Shown: positions 9,869 through 20,462 of the stretch, piece after piece | Numbering within the stretch: the first letter of the stretch is position 1 | How the letters are laid out: each line of letters opens with the position of its first letter | From: a candidate division FCPU426 bacterium | GTDB taxonomy: Bacteria; Oederibacteriota; Muellerivitia; Muellerivitales; Muellerivitaceae | Assembly (NCBI GenBank): GCA_963796105.1 | Contig: CAWCKJ010000004.1 | Location: forward strand, 928,001 to 992,000 | DNA length: 64,000 nt | Reading direction: 5' to 3' | The notes under the pieces: generated by a model | What the model saw: only the letters and a program-made list of their open reading frames with translations | Databases searched by the model: none | Told to the model about the DNA's origin: nothing | Translations under genes and position numbers: made by a program

Positions 9869-11857
9869 ATGCGCGCCAAGCGCCCGACAAAATACATTCT
9901 CACCTTGAAAATATTGATCGTTTTCCTGCTTTTTTCAAGTCCACCCATTCGTCCCGTCTTCGGCATAACCCCGATGGAGTATTTTAACAGCCTGGTGGCA
10001 GGGAGGGATGACGCCGGTTTTCGGGACGGGACTTTTTCACAGGCTCTTTTCGATCATCCCAACGGACTTGCCATCGATGATTCCGGCAATCGGCTTTTTG
10101 TGGCCGATTCGGGCAACCATCGGATCAGGCTAGTTCATTTAGATGAGGATAGCCGGGTGGAAACCTTAGCTGGTAACGCTACCCTGGGCGGGACCGACGG
10201 ACCCTTGTTGCAATCTTCATTCAACCAACCATCGGTTTTGGCTTATCTGCCGGGGGACCGGATTGTCGTTTATGAATGGGGAGGTGACCTGCGTTTAATT
10301 GATATCAGGAATAATTTCGTCTCCACCTTGGCCGGCAATAAGGCCGAAACAGGCCTGAGTACCATCTGGGGCCTGGGTTACAGCACTCAGGATGACTCGC
10401 TGTATTTTACCGAGCCCGATGAGAAGAGGTTGAGGAAGATGGATATGAAGTCCCGGAAGATTTCGACGGTTTTTTCCGATAACGCCCAAGTGCCCAGGCC
10501 CCGGGCCGTTTGTGTCTGTGAAAACAAGCTTTACGTGGCGGATTTTGATTTGTCGGAAATCTACCAAGTGGAACCCTCGGATAACACCTCCACACCCGCC
10601 GCATTGATAAAAGCTGGAATGGGAAACCATGTTCACGCTTTGGCCGGTTCAAGCGGGGTTCTCTACGCCGCTCAGGAAGGGCCTGATCCCGTGGTTCGGG
10701 TTTTGCCGGACCCCCATCCGGTCAAGCAGGCGACAGCGTGGGGATTTTTGGCGGAGAACAACGATCCAAATACGGAACCCCTTATGGATTTTTCAGAAAG
10801 AAATTCCCTGGCCGGCTTCGTGGTTTCGCCGAAGGAGAAGCGCAAGTTATTTATCACCTGTCCGGATATGTTTCAATCGATCATCAGTGTGAAGGATTAT
10901 GACTTTGAAAAAAATTGGAATTCATTTACCAGCGATGATTTTGATTATCCCGACGAAAAACCGGTTCAAACATTTCGCATATTGGTAGTGGGGGACTCAA
11001 GGGTCAAGGGCGCGGCGCTCCCGACTTCTGTTGACTTTTTGGGAGATACCCTGGATGCCGATATAATTAAATGGGACCACGCTTCCTCGAGTTGGACGAA
11101 TACCTTTGCCAAGCAGGTGGAATTTCTTTTGAATGCCAAGGCCGCCTTAAGCGGGGTGAGGCGCCATTTTGAGGTTTTAACATTGAGTGTGGAGGGTGTG
11201 GCTTCAGGCTCCCTCATTAACGCTCCCGCCTTGGATTTGGTGAAGAAAAAAGACGTGGATCTTGTCCTCGCATTGGCGGCTTCCTCAACCTATCAGGATT
11301 ACTTTATGTATCCATTAACGGCCGAAGGTATTCCCGGAAGATTTGATCCTGAATATGCTTTGAAGCCGGTTAATTCTCGGATTCCTCCCGGAGTCCCCCG
11401 GCACTTATACGATCTTTGTATGAAGAAAAATTTACTCAGGTTGGAAAATAACCAATTTGTTTGGACCATTGACTGGGATAAGTGGGATAGTTTTGATCCG
11501 GAAATTCGTAAGGATTTGATGGAATTAACGGCCAGGCCCTTCCAAGTCAGTCAAACTGGGCTTCAAAACCTTATAACGTCGGGCGGCAACCCCAGAAAAT
11601 TAATTGTCCTTTATGTGCCTTGGAGGAATTGGAAAAATGAGAGTTATGAACATTTCTGGAGGGACACTTGTTCGGAAGAACACTTAAACCTGATGGATTT
11701 AAGCGATCCTTTTTACGCCCTGAAAACGTGTTTTTATCCGACTGCCCAGAGGCTTCACACGCATCATTATTTAATACACGGGAACACCCTTATCGCGTAT
11801 CTATTAAGTCATTATTTGACTGAACAGAAATGGGTACCATTTAATATTGTAAAATGA
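9869..11857 (+). CDS. Exported NHL-repeat beta-propeller fused to SGNH-like domain
   Basis: Signal-like N-terminus; NHL repeats 'FDHPNGLAID..LFVADSGNHRIR'; 'RILVVGDS' SGNH block I; GGGAG RBS before ATG 9869. Confidence 0.7.
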   Translation: MRAKRPTKYILTLKILIVFLLFSSPPIRPVFGITPMEYFNSLVAGRDDAGFRDGTFSQALFDHPNGLAIDDSGNRLFVADSGNHRIRLVHLDEDSRVETLAGNATLGGTDGPLLQSSFNQPSVLAYLPGDRIVVYEWGGDLRLIDIRNNFVSTLAGNKAETGLSTIWGLGYSTQDDSLYFTEPDEKRLRKMDMKSRKISTVFSDNAQVPRPRAVCVCENKLYVADFDLSEIYQVEPSDNTSTPAALIKAGMGNHVHALAGSSGVLYAAQEGPDPVVRVLPDPHPVKQATAWGFLAENNDPNTEPLMDFSERNSLAGFVVSPKEKRKLFITCPDMFQSIISVKDYDFEKNWNSFTSDDFDYPDEKPVQTFRILVVGDSRVKGAALPTSVDFLGDTLDADIIKWDHASSSWTNTFAKQVEFLLNAKAALSGVRRHFEVLTLSVEGVASGSLINAPALDLVKKKDVDLVLALAASSTYQDYFMYPLTAEGIPGRFDPEYALKPVNSRIPPGVPRHLYDLCMKKNLLRLENNQFVWTIDWDKWDSFDPEIRKDLMELTARPFQVSQTGLQNLITSGGNPRKLIVLYVPWRNWKNESYEHFWRDTCSEEHLNLMDLSDPFYALKTCFYPTAQRLHTHHYLIHGNTLIAYLLSHYLTEQKWVPFNIVK

Positions 11858-12575
11858 ATCATTTCAAGAGGCCTCACAGCCGGAAGCTTTCCAAGATTTA
11901 TCCATTATTCTCTTTTGATTTTTTTAACCGGTTATCCCCAAACCAAAATGAATCAAACAACAAATAAACAGTTTCAATGCATGAGGGTTTGGAAGGATCC
12001 GTAAAATCAACCGAGGCCATTACCGCAATTTTTTTCCATCTTAATGCAGTTTATTCCCCATCTGAATCAAAGTTATATTTTTAGGAATGAAAGCCAAACA
12101 ACTTCTCAAGAAGTGTAAAAAGCCTTGTAAAACATACAATTTCCTAATTTTTTAATAATTTTAAAAAATTTTTGAATTAAATCAGCCGCTTGCCGTCTAT
12201 ATGGCAGGAAGTCATCAATTTAATTTGTCATTAGATAATATTTTGGTGTTCCTTATCTCGGAGGTCAGAATGAACCGGTGGTCTTATTTAGTTATAGTTT
12301 CATTCTTCTCCTTGCTTGCATCCCGTCTTCGGCATAACCCCCATGGACTATTTCAACAGCCTGGTGGCAGGGAGGGATGACGCCGGTTTCCGGGATGGGG
12401 TATTTTCACAAGCTCTTTTCGATCATCCAAGCGGATTGGCGATTGATGATAGCGGAAACCGGCTTTTTGTGGCAGATTCCAGAAACCATCGGATCAGGTT
12501 AGTTCATTTAGATGAGGCTAACCGTGTGGAAACACTAACTGGAGGCTGGTGTGCGCCCCAAACCTTGGACAGTTT

Positions 12576-13412
12576 TTACTCCAAGTTGAGAATAGGTTTT
12601 CCGGCGATTGGTTTGAGTGACTTTAAAGCCTCGAACTCCTCAGGCGGCATGTAGCCGATAGAAGAATGCAACCGTTTTTTGTTATACACCTCCTCGATGA
12701 AGTATGGAAGTCTTTGAAGCACTTCCTGATAAGTTTCGTAATTGAATAGATGCACCTCCTCATATTTCAAGGTTTTGAAAAAGGATTCCGCATTTGCATT
12801 GTCGTAAGGGTTGCCTGTCCTGGACATGCTGATCCTTAATCCTTTGGACTCAAGCAGGGCCACGTAATCCCAGCAGGCATATTGCACCCCTCTGTCTGAA
12901 TGGTGGATGCATCCCGGAAGAGGATTCCTTTCCTCTAAAGCCATGCGTAAAGCCGAAAGCGACAACTCCCGATCCAGTCTCTTGGAAACCGCCCACCCGA
13001 TCACCTTTCTGGAAAAACGATCCAGAATGGCCGCCAGATAAACAAAGCAAGTGAGGATTCGGATATAGGTAATATCCGCCACCCACACTTGATTGACAGC
13101 AGTTTCTGCCACCCTTTCCAAGAGGTTGGGGAACACCGGCAGGTCGTGATTGGATTGGGTGGTTTGGATCTTGAACCTTTTCCCCCAAATAATAGGGTAA
13201 AGACCGTATTTCCTTACCACCCGCCGAATCCGTTTGGCGTTAATCCTTAATCCCTCCCGTAAAAAGTGGTGGTAGAGCCTCCGATAGCCGTAGTAGGGGA
13301 AGGTCAATCTCACCTGCTCGATTCGGTTCTTTAAGTCCAAATCTCTTTGTTCCTGAATCTCCGGTTCACTTTTAAGTGCAGAATAATAGGTACTTCGAGG
13401 AAGCCCCATCAT
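12576..13412 (-). CDS. IS3-family transposase OrfB (DDE integrase core)
   Basis: 'WVADITYI', 'HHSDRGVQY', 'DNANAESFFKTLKYE'. Confidence 0.95.
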   Translation of the reverse strand: MMGLPRSTYYSALKSEPEIQEQRDLDLKNRIEQVRLTFPYYGYRRLYHHFLREGLRINAKRIRRVVRKYGLYPIIWGKRFKIQTTQSNHDLPVFPNLLERVAETAVNQVWVADITYIRILTCFVYLAAILDRFSRKVIGWAVSKRLDRELSLSALRMALEERNPLPGCIHHSDRGVQYACWDYVALLESKGLRISMSRTGNPYDNANAESFFKTLKYEEVHLFNYETYQEVLQRLPYFIEEVYNKKRLHSSIGYMPPEEFEALKSLKPIAGKPILNLE

Positions 13413-13756
13413 TTGGCATCCTCTTGAAATTGAGCCAAATTCCTTGAGGTGATCACGGAGGTATCGAGCTTTCTCTGGTTTTCCGCGTATTTTTGGAATT
13501 TTTTTAAAAGGTCTATCGCCATGATCAATTCCCCAATCTTGGCTTTGAGTTTCTCATTCTCTTTTTCCAATATTTTTTCGTGAAGGGAAGGTTTTTCAAC
13601 CAAGGTTCCTTGGCGATATTTATCGCGCCAACGGGTTATAACGCTTGGATTGAGCTGGTATTGACGAGCAGCTTCATTGAGCGATAGGCCAGTTTCTACC
13701 TCGTGGACGACTTGTTCTTTGAAATCAATACTGAACTTCCGTCTTATTTTACCCAT
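13409..13756 (-). CDS. IS3-family transposase OrfA (HTH)
   Basis: 'RRKFSIDFKEQVV', HTH then coiled coil; A7 slippery site 'LLKK'. Confidence 0.92.
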   Translation of the reverse strand: MGKIRRKFSIDFKEQVVHEVETGLSLNEAARQYQLNPSVITRWRDKYRQGTLVEKPSLHEKILEKENEKLKAKIGELIMAIDLLKKFQKYAENQRKLDTSVITSRNLAQFQEDAK

Positions 13757-15752
13757 TTGGAAATGCTCCTTTGGGGGGTTACCCCTTGAGCCGTTTCCCT
13801 ATTCTCTATTTTTTGCTTCAACTGTCCAACTTGTAGGGCGCGTTCCAGGCGATACTTCAGGAAATTTTGATGGGCCGCTATCAAAAGCTTCCTTTAACCA
13901 ACCCACAGTCTTGGCCTACCTGCCAGATGAAAGTCTGGTGGTTTATGACGCAGGCGCTAAAAATCTTCGATTGATTGATCTTAAGAAAAAAACGGTTAGA
14001 ACGGTGGCGGGAAACTCTATCGAGACAAACCTTGGAGAGATTTGGGGTTTAAGTTATTGCCTGAAAGATGACAGTGTTTATTTTACTGAACCAAACGAGA
14101 ATAGATTGAGAAAATTGAGCATGAAATCAAGAAAGCTTTCAATGGTTTTTCAAAATAATCCTCAAATACCAAAACCGCGGGCAATCTGTGTCAACGAAAA
14201 TAATATTTATATTGCTGATGCTGAGTTGCCGGAGATTTACCAAGTGGAACTCTTGGTAATTCTAATGCGCCTGAGTTTCCTATGATAAACGTTGGTGTTT
14301 GTAAAAATGTACATGCTTTGGCCGGGACAAATGGGGCGCTTTATGCAGTCCAAGAGGGGCCCAATGCCATTGTTCGTATATTGCCGGATAATCAACCAGT
14401 AAGCATGGCAACGGCATGGGGCAGTGTGGTTGAGAATGATGATCCTGTCGCTGAACCCCTTTTTAATTTCAAACACGAAGATTCGCCATCAGGTTTTGTT
14501 GTTTCGTCCAAAGAAACACGCAAACTGTATATTACCTGCCCTGACATGGTTCAATCCATCATGAGCGTTAAGGATTATAATTTTGGAAAATCATGGAACG
14601 TGGATTATTATTCCGCGGCGGATGATTTTGACTATCCTGATGAAAAGCCCGCAGGAACATTCCGTATTCTCATCGTCGGGGATTCAAGGGCAAAAAGTGC
14701 GATGCCTTCCACACCGTCGGATAAAAGAAGTAATTTATCCACTGATGACGTCATAAAATGGGACAACGAGTCCACAAAACGGATGAATTCATTCCCCAAA
14801 CAACTGGAATTTCTCTTGAATGCCTATGCGTCTTTGAACGGTGCGAGAAATCATTTTGAAGTTTTGACGCTGAGTTTGGCGGGCGCCAAGTCGGTATATC
14901 GTATAAATGGGCCCGCTTTAGAGTTGGTGAGAAAAAAAGATGTGGATCTAGTCATCGCTTTGACAACAGAATCCAACTATACGGATTTTTTTTGTAACCC
15001 TTTAACGGCAGATGGTATCCCCGGGGGTTTCGATCCCGAATATGCGCTTAAACCGCTTGAATCAAGGATTTATCCGGGTGTTCCGCGTCACTTATTCGAA
15101 CTTTGCAAAAAGAGAAATTTTGTTCGGATTGAAAAAAACCAAATATGGTGGTCAATAGATTGGACCCAATGGGATAGTTTCGGTCCTGAAATTCAAAAAG
15201 ACTTGATGGATTTAACAGCCAGGCCATTTCGGGTTTTTCAAGACAAGCTTCAATCCATGAAAACTTCCAAAGGGGTCACCAAGGAACTTCTTATGTTATA
15301 TATACCCTGGGAGTATTGGAAAAATGATGTATTCAACCGATTTTGGAGGGAGACTTGTTCTGAACAACATTTGAACTTACTTGACTTAAGCGAATCATAT
15401 TATGCAATGAAAACAAGTTTCTATCCCACTAATCAAATACAACTCTCGCGCCATTATTTATTACATGGAAATACCCTTATAGCATTGCTTTTAAGTCACT
15501 TTTTAACCGACCAGAAATGGGTTCAGCTTGATATTGAAAAATAGAATTTCCTAAGTTGGAGAATTTCAAGCGCGGCTTAAGGATTCCCGTTTTCAGGAAA
15601 TACCTGTAGCATATTCAACGATATTGTGTTTAACATGAATTAAAACAAATTCGATATGTTATCCTTAATCGGATTGGGAAGTACTTGAGATTGTCTCCCG
15701 TTGAACAATATGACATGCCTGACTCATTAAAATTATTTTTTGGAGGTCGACA

Positions 15753-16280
15753 ATGTTAAAGATGATGTTTTTTAGCGTTTATTTAATCGCCATTAACATG
15801 CTTTATTCACAAGATACCCCTGTTCCCGCGACTGGCAGCCAAACGAACGGTGTAGCCACGCTCGACCTTACGCCCACCCCCTGGATTGTGAGCGAGTGGA
15901 AAGAAGAGGTTCTTCCTTGGGCCGCCTGGTTCAAGAAAAACACGATGGTCACCGATAAAACCGATTATGTTCATTTCTTTTGGAACGCGCAGGACTTCAA
16001 GCCGAACTTCGAGGGAAAGGAAAAAAAATCACGTTTGTCCGAGGCCGCCTTGGAGCTGGTGAAACGCCTTTATCCCGCCGATGCTAAGGCCGATGCGGTC
16101 AAGGTCGACATTGTTTACGTCCTGGAGAGGGATTCCTATGGTCAGCCGAAGTGGGACAGCCTGCAACAGGTGGCCCACTATGAGTTTGTCAAATCCAAGG
16201 CCCTGAAATTAATCGGGAAGAAAACACGGCTTACCGAAGCCTTGATAACAAAGGCTTTCGACAAGCTCGTTATTTATTAA
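15753..16280 (+). CDS. Hypothetical exported protein
   Basis: GGAGG RBS, signal-peptide-like N-terminus, 175 aa. Confidence 0.6.
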   Translation: MLKMMFFSVYLIAINMLYSQDTPVPATGSQTNGVATLDLTPTPWIVSEWKEEVLPWAAWFKKNTMVTDKTDYVHFFWNAQDFKPNFEGKEKKSRLSEAALELVKRLYPADAKADAVKVDIVYVLERDSYGQPKWDSLQQVAHYEFVKSKALKLIGKKTRLTEALITKAFDKLVIY

Positions 16281-16396
16281 AAATGCTTCTAGGGGATGCT
16301 AGAGGTCCCAGCGTCGTGATTCCTTGATATTGGTATTTTTTCCGAATAAACTACGAATTCCTCAAATACCCTAAAATCTTTATCTATAGTTAGGCA

Positions 16397-16473
16397 GGAC
16401 GTTTAGCTCAGCTGGTTAGAGCGTCGCGTTCACATCGCGAAGGTCACTGGTTCAAGTCCAGTAACGTCCACCA
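16397..16473 (+). tRNA. tRNA-Val (anticodon CAC)
   Basis: Acceptor GGACGTT/AACGTCC, D arm, anticodon stem TCGCG/CGCGA with loop TTCACAT, T loop GGTTCAAGTCC, encoded CCA. Confidence 0.95.
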
Positions 16474-16477
16474 TTCG

Positions 16478-16513
16478 AAAAAGCCTGTTTCCCGGCGGAA
16501 ATGGGCTTTTTTT
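16478..16513 (+). terminator. Intrinsic terminator after tRNA
   Basis: Stem AAGCCTGTTTCC/GGAAATGGGCTT followed by T run. Confidence 0.75.
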
Positions 16514-16616
16514 ATTCGGGATTTGTTATAGGTTTAAAATAGTTTATCTTAAGTTCCGGGATTAATCCTGGTATGACGTTCCGAACAGATGAATAAAGAA
16601 AAGGATTCTGGGCCAT

Positions 16617-17267
16617 ATGAACGACGACCGAATGGAAGAGCGCCGGGACATGGTGAAGGAACAGTTGGAAAAGAGGGCCATTCGGGAACCCCGGCTCCTG
16701 AAGGCCATGCTGGATGTTCCACGCCACCTCTTCGTGCCGCCCCATTTGCAGGAGGACGCCTATAAGGATGGCGCTTTGGAAACGGGTAAAGGGCAATCCA
16801 TCAGCCAGCCCTATATCGTGGCCTCCATGATCCAGTCCATCGAGCCCCAGACCACCCACCGGATCCTGGAAGTCGGGACGGGAAGCGGTTACTCGGCCGC
16901 GGTTTTATCTTGCCTGGTGCAAAAGGTTTATACCATCGAGCGGGATGAGAGCTTGATATCTCCGGCCTTGAGGATATTCAAGGACCTGAGCCTGTCCAAT
17001 ATCCAGGTGAAAAAAGGGGATGGCTCCATCGGCTGGGCCGAGGAAAAACCTTTTGACTCGATCCTGGTGACAGCGGCGGTTCCCCAGACCCCTCCCGCCC
17101 TGGCGTCCCAATTAAAAGTGGGAGGAGTCATGGTTCTTCCCGTCGGCGGGAGGGGAGAACAAAAACTTTTCAGGGTGGTGAAGCGGGGAGAGGGCCGGTA
17201 CCAGGAAAAAGAACTTTACGCCGTCCGCTTCGTTCCCTTGATTGGGGAACAAGCTTGGAAAGAATAA
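16617..17267 (+). CDS. pcm: Protein-L-isoaspartate O-methyltransferase
   Basis: 'VPRHLFVP', 'GQSISQPYIVA', 'ILEVGTGSGY', 'GDGSIGW', 'VRFVPLIG'. Confidence 0.93.
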   Translation: MNDDRMEERRDMVKEQLEKRAIREPRLLKAMLDVPRHLFVPPHLQEDAYKDGALETGKGQSISQPYIVASMIQSIEPQTTHRILEVGTGSGYSAAVLSCLVQKVYTIERDESLISPALRIFKDLSLSNIQVKKGDGSIGWAEEKPFDSILVTAAVPQTPPALASQLKVGGVMVLPVGGRGEQKLFRVVKRGEGRYQEKELYAVRFVPLIGEQAWKE

Positions 17268-17308
17268 AATATATGAACGTATCAGCGATAAATTCGATAG
17301 ACTTTCAG

Positions 17309-18127
17309 ATGAAAAATATTTTTCGATTTTTGATAGCGGTTTTGCCATGCTTTATTTTCCAAACCGGCAGGTGCCTGGCCGAAGATTCCGAAAAATCCGC
17401 CTCGTACGAGTTCCAAAAGGGATTGGCGGCCCTTCAAGAGAGGAACTTCGAGGAGGCCAAGAAATGGTTCCTTTATTCCGCGAATAAGGGAAATGCCGAC
17501 GCGCAATATTTCACCGGTTACATGGACTCGAAGGGTTGGACGGGGAAGGTTGATTGGGACCAGGCATTCCTTTGGTTCAAGAAGTCGGCCAAAGCCGGGA
17601 AAAAGGAAGCCCAATACCAGACCGCATGCTGTTATTTTGATGGAAAGGGGACAAAGAAGGACCCGATCTTGGGTATGGAATGGCTGGAGAAAGCCGTGAA
17701 TCAGGGGGAAGCGGACGCCGAGTGCCGATTGGGAATCTGTTACGGTAAAGGAGAGGGAGTTCCGGTCAATCAAAAGATGGCTATAAAGTGTTTCAAATCC
17801 GCCTTGGAGCATGGGTGTAAATTGATTCCCAAAGACCCAGCTCTTTGGGGCCTGGAAGGGGCATCCATAACCGTGTCCGGTTATTTAAAGTCCAATATCG
17901 ACAAAGCATCCGGGAAAATCACGGGTTGGGTTTTGTTCCTGGAGAAGCCTATCTCATTGGGAAAGAAAAAAAATATACCGGCCGTTCATGTGGAGCCCAC
18001 CCTCGTGACGGACGAGATGTCCCAGCAAAGGGTTCAGGTCAAAGGCGTTTATCACTGGCTGAATAATCCCCAACAGGGGTTTGAGTTGGAAATCATCCCC
18101 GTCAAAATCGAAGTTCAGGATCAATAA
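17309..18127 (+). CDS. Exported Sel1-like repeat protein
   Basis: Signal peptide then Sel1 repeats 'SANKGNADAQY', 'SAKAGKKEAQY', 'AVNQGEADAECRLG'. Confidence 0.8.
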   Translation: MKNIFRFLIAVLPCFIFQTGRCLAEDSEKSASYEFQKGLAALQERNFEEAKKWFLYSANKGNADAQYFTGYMDSKGWTGKVDWDQAFLWFKKSAKAGKKEAQYQTACCYFDGKGTKKDPILGMEWLEKAVNQGEADAECRLGICYGKGEGVPVNQKMAIKCFKSALEHGCKLIPKDPALWGLEGASITVSGYLKSNIDKASGKITGWVLFLEKPISLGKKKNIPAVHVEPTLVTDEMSQQRVQVKGVYHWLNNPQQGFELEIIPVKIEVQDQ

Positions 18128-18153
18128 TCGATCAACATCTATTAAACCTACGC

Positions 18154-20313
18154 TCAGGGTTTAATTTTCCCGAAAGCCGTGGCGGGAACCACCTCCCAGG
18201 TTTTATCCTCCGGCTTTATCCAAACCAAATGAACCGCAAGGGACGAGCCTTGGTCCTTCTCGATTTCCAGTTGGAGGGGGTGGGGACCTGCCCGAAGTGG
18301 TACGGGTTTCTCCAGTGGGACGGGTGTTTTATCCAAGGTTAATTTGGCCCTGTCCGTTGTCAAGACCTGGAAGGAGTAGCTCCCCTTGCGGGGAATCATC
18401 AAGCTACCGGTCCATCTAATCCTGAAAGGGGGGCCGGCCGTGAAGGGGAATTCCCATTTGGTGCTGAAATTCAACAAGGGATCCCAGCGCGCCAGCAAGG
18501 GCCTGGATTTCCAACGGCCCGATTGGATGTAAACGCCCCTCAAGCCCCGGTTCCAAGCGCGGTACTTGGAGAAAGTTTCCTTCGCGACCGCGTCAACGTA
18601 AACCAGGGCGCGGTCTTCGTTGTCCCTGAGCCCAGTTTTTTGCCCCATGGGAAACAATTGCGAGAGGAAGTCCAGGGTTCCGGCTTTCCCCTCCCCTAGG
18701 ATGAAGATCGAGTCCTTATCGCGGGGAAGGCGCCCCTGGGACAGGGCCGTCAAATTGAAAGGGGACATGGCCTTCCGGGTCTGGTAGCCCAGGAAGTCAA
18801 CCGTATGGTTTTTGAAATAAAAGGGCTCGATATAGTAATAAAAATCACCGGGCGCGTGGCGTTCCAAATCCTCCAAGGTCCGGCCGATATAAGTCTGCTC
18901 CACCCCGAAACTTCTCCAGCATTCCTCGTTCCCGGCCTGGTCCACGAAATAGGTCCTGGCGTTTTGCGAGGCGATCAATCCCAATAGCACATATAGAAGA
19001 ACCGCGGGGAATCTGGAGGCCTTGAAAGCCCCGGCCCTTTGCCACAAAAAATCAAGCGCGCTTCCGCCGAAAAAGGCCACGAAAGGCGTCAAGGCCACCA
19101 GGCGGTTGGAGTGGGAAACGTCGGTGGAAAGGAGTCCGGGAAGGGACATGACCCAAAATCCCCAAAGCGGATAAAAGCCCGAGGGTTCTCTCCTTTTACG
19201 CCAAAGAAGGGCCATCCCTAGGATAAAAAGAATGGCGGTGGAATCGTCCAGCATCCGGTGGCCGGGAATGTTATGGCGGGGGTTCCGGTCGCCGGAACGG
19301 TTGAACATCAAGGCGGTTCCGGTCCAAACATCCCAAAGGGGCTCCAGGCTTCTCTGCCGCAGGATTTCGGTGCCGATGAACAGCTCCTTTTCCCTGTGCC
19401 CGATGTTCCCCCGGCTCCACATGCAGGCCAGAAGCGGCGCGGTCATGACCAGGACCAGGAGGAAATAAAGCAGGATGGGACGAAGCAAATCCTTCCTTTT
19501 CCGGATGATCAGCTCATAAAGCGAAAAAACCACCATGAGGAGAGGCACAATTTTGAATGCCTGGTAAGTATAGAAACCGGCGCTGACGAACAGGGCCGAG
19601 AGAATGAAGGCCCATTTCTTCCCGCTTTGAATCCAGAAGCACCAAAAAGCCATGGCGCCGAAGAGGTAAAAAGGGACCTGGAGGCTGGGGTAGCCGTTGC
19701 GGGTCTCGATCCAATTCCAGCGCATGACCGCCAGGAGGAACAGGGAGAATAAAGCCGTCCGCTGGCCGGCCCACTGGCGGAGAGCCCAGTAAATGAGGGG
19801 GAAGGATGCAAGGGAAAGGAGGATGAAAAAGAGGTGGAAGGTGAAATAGGAGGACCCCGCGATCCCGAACCATCCCGCCAATTGGTAAAAGAGAAGGATC
19901 TCGGGAACCTCGTAGTCCAGCAATTCCCCGAAGGGACGCCAGCCCTCGCGCAGGATGCGCAAGGCGCAAAGTCCCGTCAAACCCTGGTCGGTATGCATGC
20001 CCGAGGGCATGGAATCCAGGCGGTAGATCCGCAGGAAAAAGCCCAAGCCCAGGACCAGAGCTCCCAGCAGGATCTCGATCTTGAGGGGCAGGGGGTTTGG
20101 GCTTGCGGTTGATGCGGAAGAAAGGCTCCCCAGTTTCCAAAGGGCCAGCCCGTAAAACAACAGGCCTGGCCAAAGGGTCAGGGGATTCTCGGCGAGAGAG
20201 AGAAAAGCCTGGCCCACGACGGCTAGGAGAAGAACCGGAAAAACGGGCATAAAAGGCGAAACGGATGGAGCGGGCGATCTTACCGAAAGTTTAAATAACC
20301 GGAATAAAACCAA
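18154..20313 (-). CDS. GT-C fold glycosyltransferase (PMT/ArnT-like) with C-terminal PA14 domain
   Basis: 'FFLRIYRLDSMPSGMHTDQG', many TMs; C-terminal 'GLRGVY...FRIRWTGSL.IP..G.YSFQV.TTDRAKL' PA14 pattern. Confidence 0.72.
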   Translation of the reverse strand: MVLFRLFKLSVRSPAPSVSPFMPVFPVLLLAVVGQAFLSLAENPLTLWPGLLFYGLALWKLGSLSSASTASPNPLPLKIEILLGALVLGLGFFLRIYRLDSMPSGMHTDQGLTGLCALRILREGWRPFGELLDYEVPEILLFYQLAGWFGIAGSSYFTFHLFFILLSLASFPLIYWALRQWAGQRTALFSLFLLAVMRWNWIETRNGYPSLQVPFYLFGAMAFWCFWIQSGKKWAFILSALFVSAGFYTYQAFKIVPLLMVVFSLYELIIRKRKDLLRPILLYFLLVLVMTAPLLACMWSRGNIGHREKELFIGTEILRQRSLEPLWDVWTGTALMFNRSGDRNPRHNIPGHRMLDDSTAILFILGMALLWRKRREPSGFYPLWGFWVMSLPGLLSTDVSHSNRLVALTPFVAFFGGSALDFLWQRAGAFKASRFPAVLLYVLLGLIASQNARTYFVDQAGNEECWRSFGVEQTYIGRTLEDLERHAPGDFYYYIEPFYFKNHTVDFLGYQTRKAMSPFNLTALSQGRLPRDKDSIFILGEGKAGTLDFLSQLFPMGQKTGLRDNEDRALVYVDAVAKETFSKYRAWNRGLRGVYIQSGRWKSRPLLARWDPLLNFSTKWEFPFTAGPPFRIRWTGSLMIPRKGSYSFQVLTTDRAKLTLDKTPVPLEKPVPLRAGPHPLQLEIEKDQGSSLAVHLVWIKPEDKTWEVVPATAFGKIKP

Positions 20314-20462
20314 AACGGACTCCTCTCGGTTTTTAAGGATATAACCGAAGCATCATACCCGAAAAACCAGATGATGAACGTTGACGATGCGGAAAGGGCT
20401 GAATAGGATAGCTTCGCTGCGGTTGCAGCGGCTTAAAATCAAATTATCCCCATCAGGCCAAC

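Larger units (their letters stand above)
12547..13847 (-). mobile_element. IS3-family insertion sequence, copy 1 (1301 bp)
   Basis: TG...CA ends, imperfect 28-bp IR (TGGTGTGCGCCCCAAACCTTGGACAGTT / TGGAACGCGCCCTACAAGTTGGACAGTT), 3-bp TSD GGC at 12544-12546 and 13848-13850. Confidence 0.95.
12270..15544 (+). pseudogene. Paralog of the NHL-SGNH gene, interrupted by an IS3-family element and two frameshifts
   Basis: Colinear similarity to 9869-11857; IS at 12547-13847; frameshifts near 12320 and 14250; removing IS plus one TSD restores 'ETLTGGDTSGNFDGP'. Confidence 0.85.

Noticed and set aside
13677..13847. N-terminus of ORF 13677-14285 (and 48317-48649)
   Set aside because: Read-through of the IS3 end on the antisense strand
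16397..16473. tRNA as integration site of an island
   Set aside because: No duplicated tRNA 3' end and no integrase seen in the window
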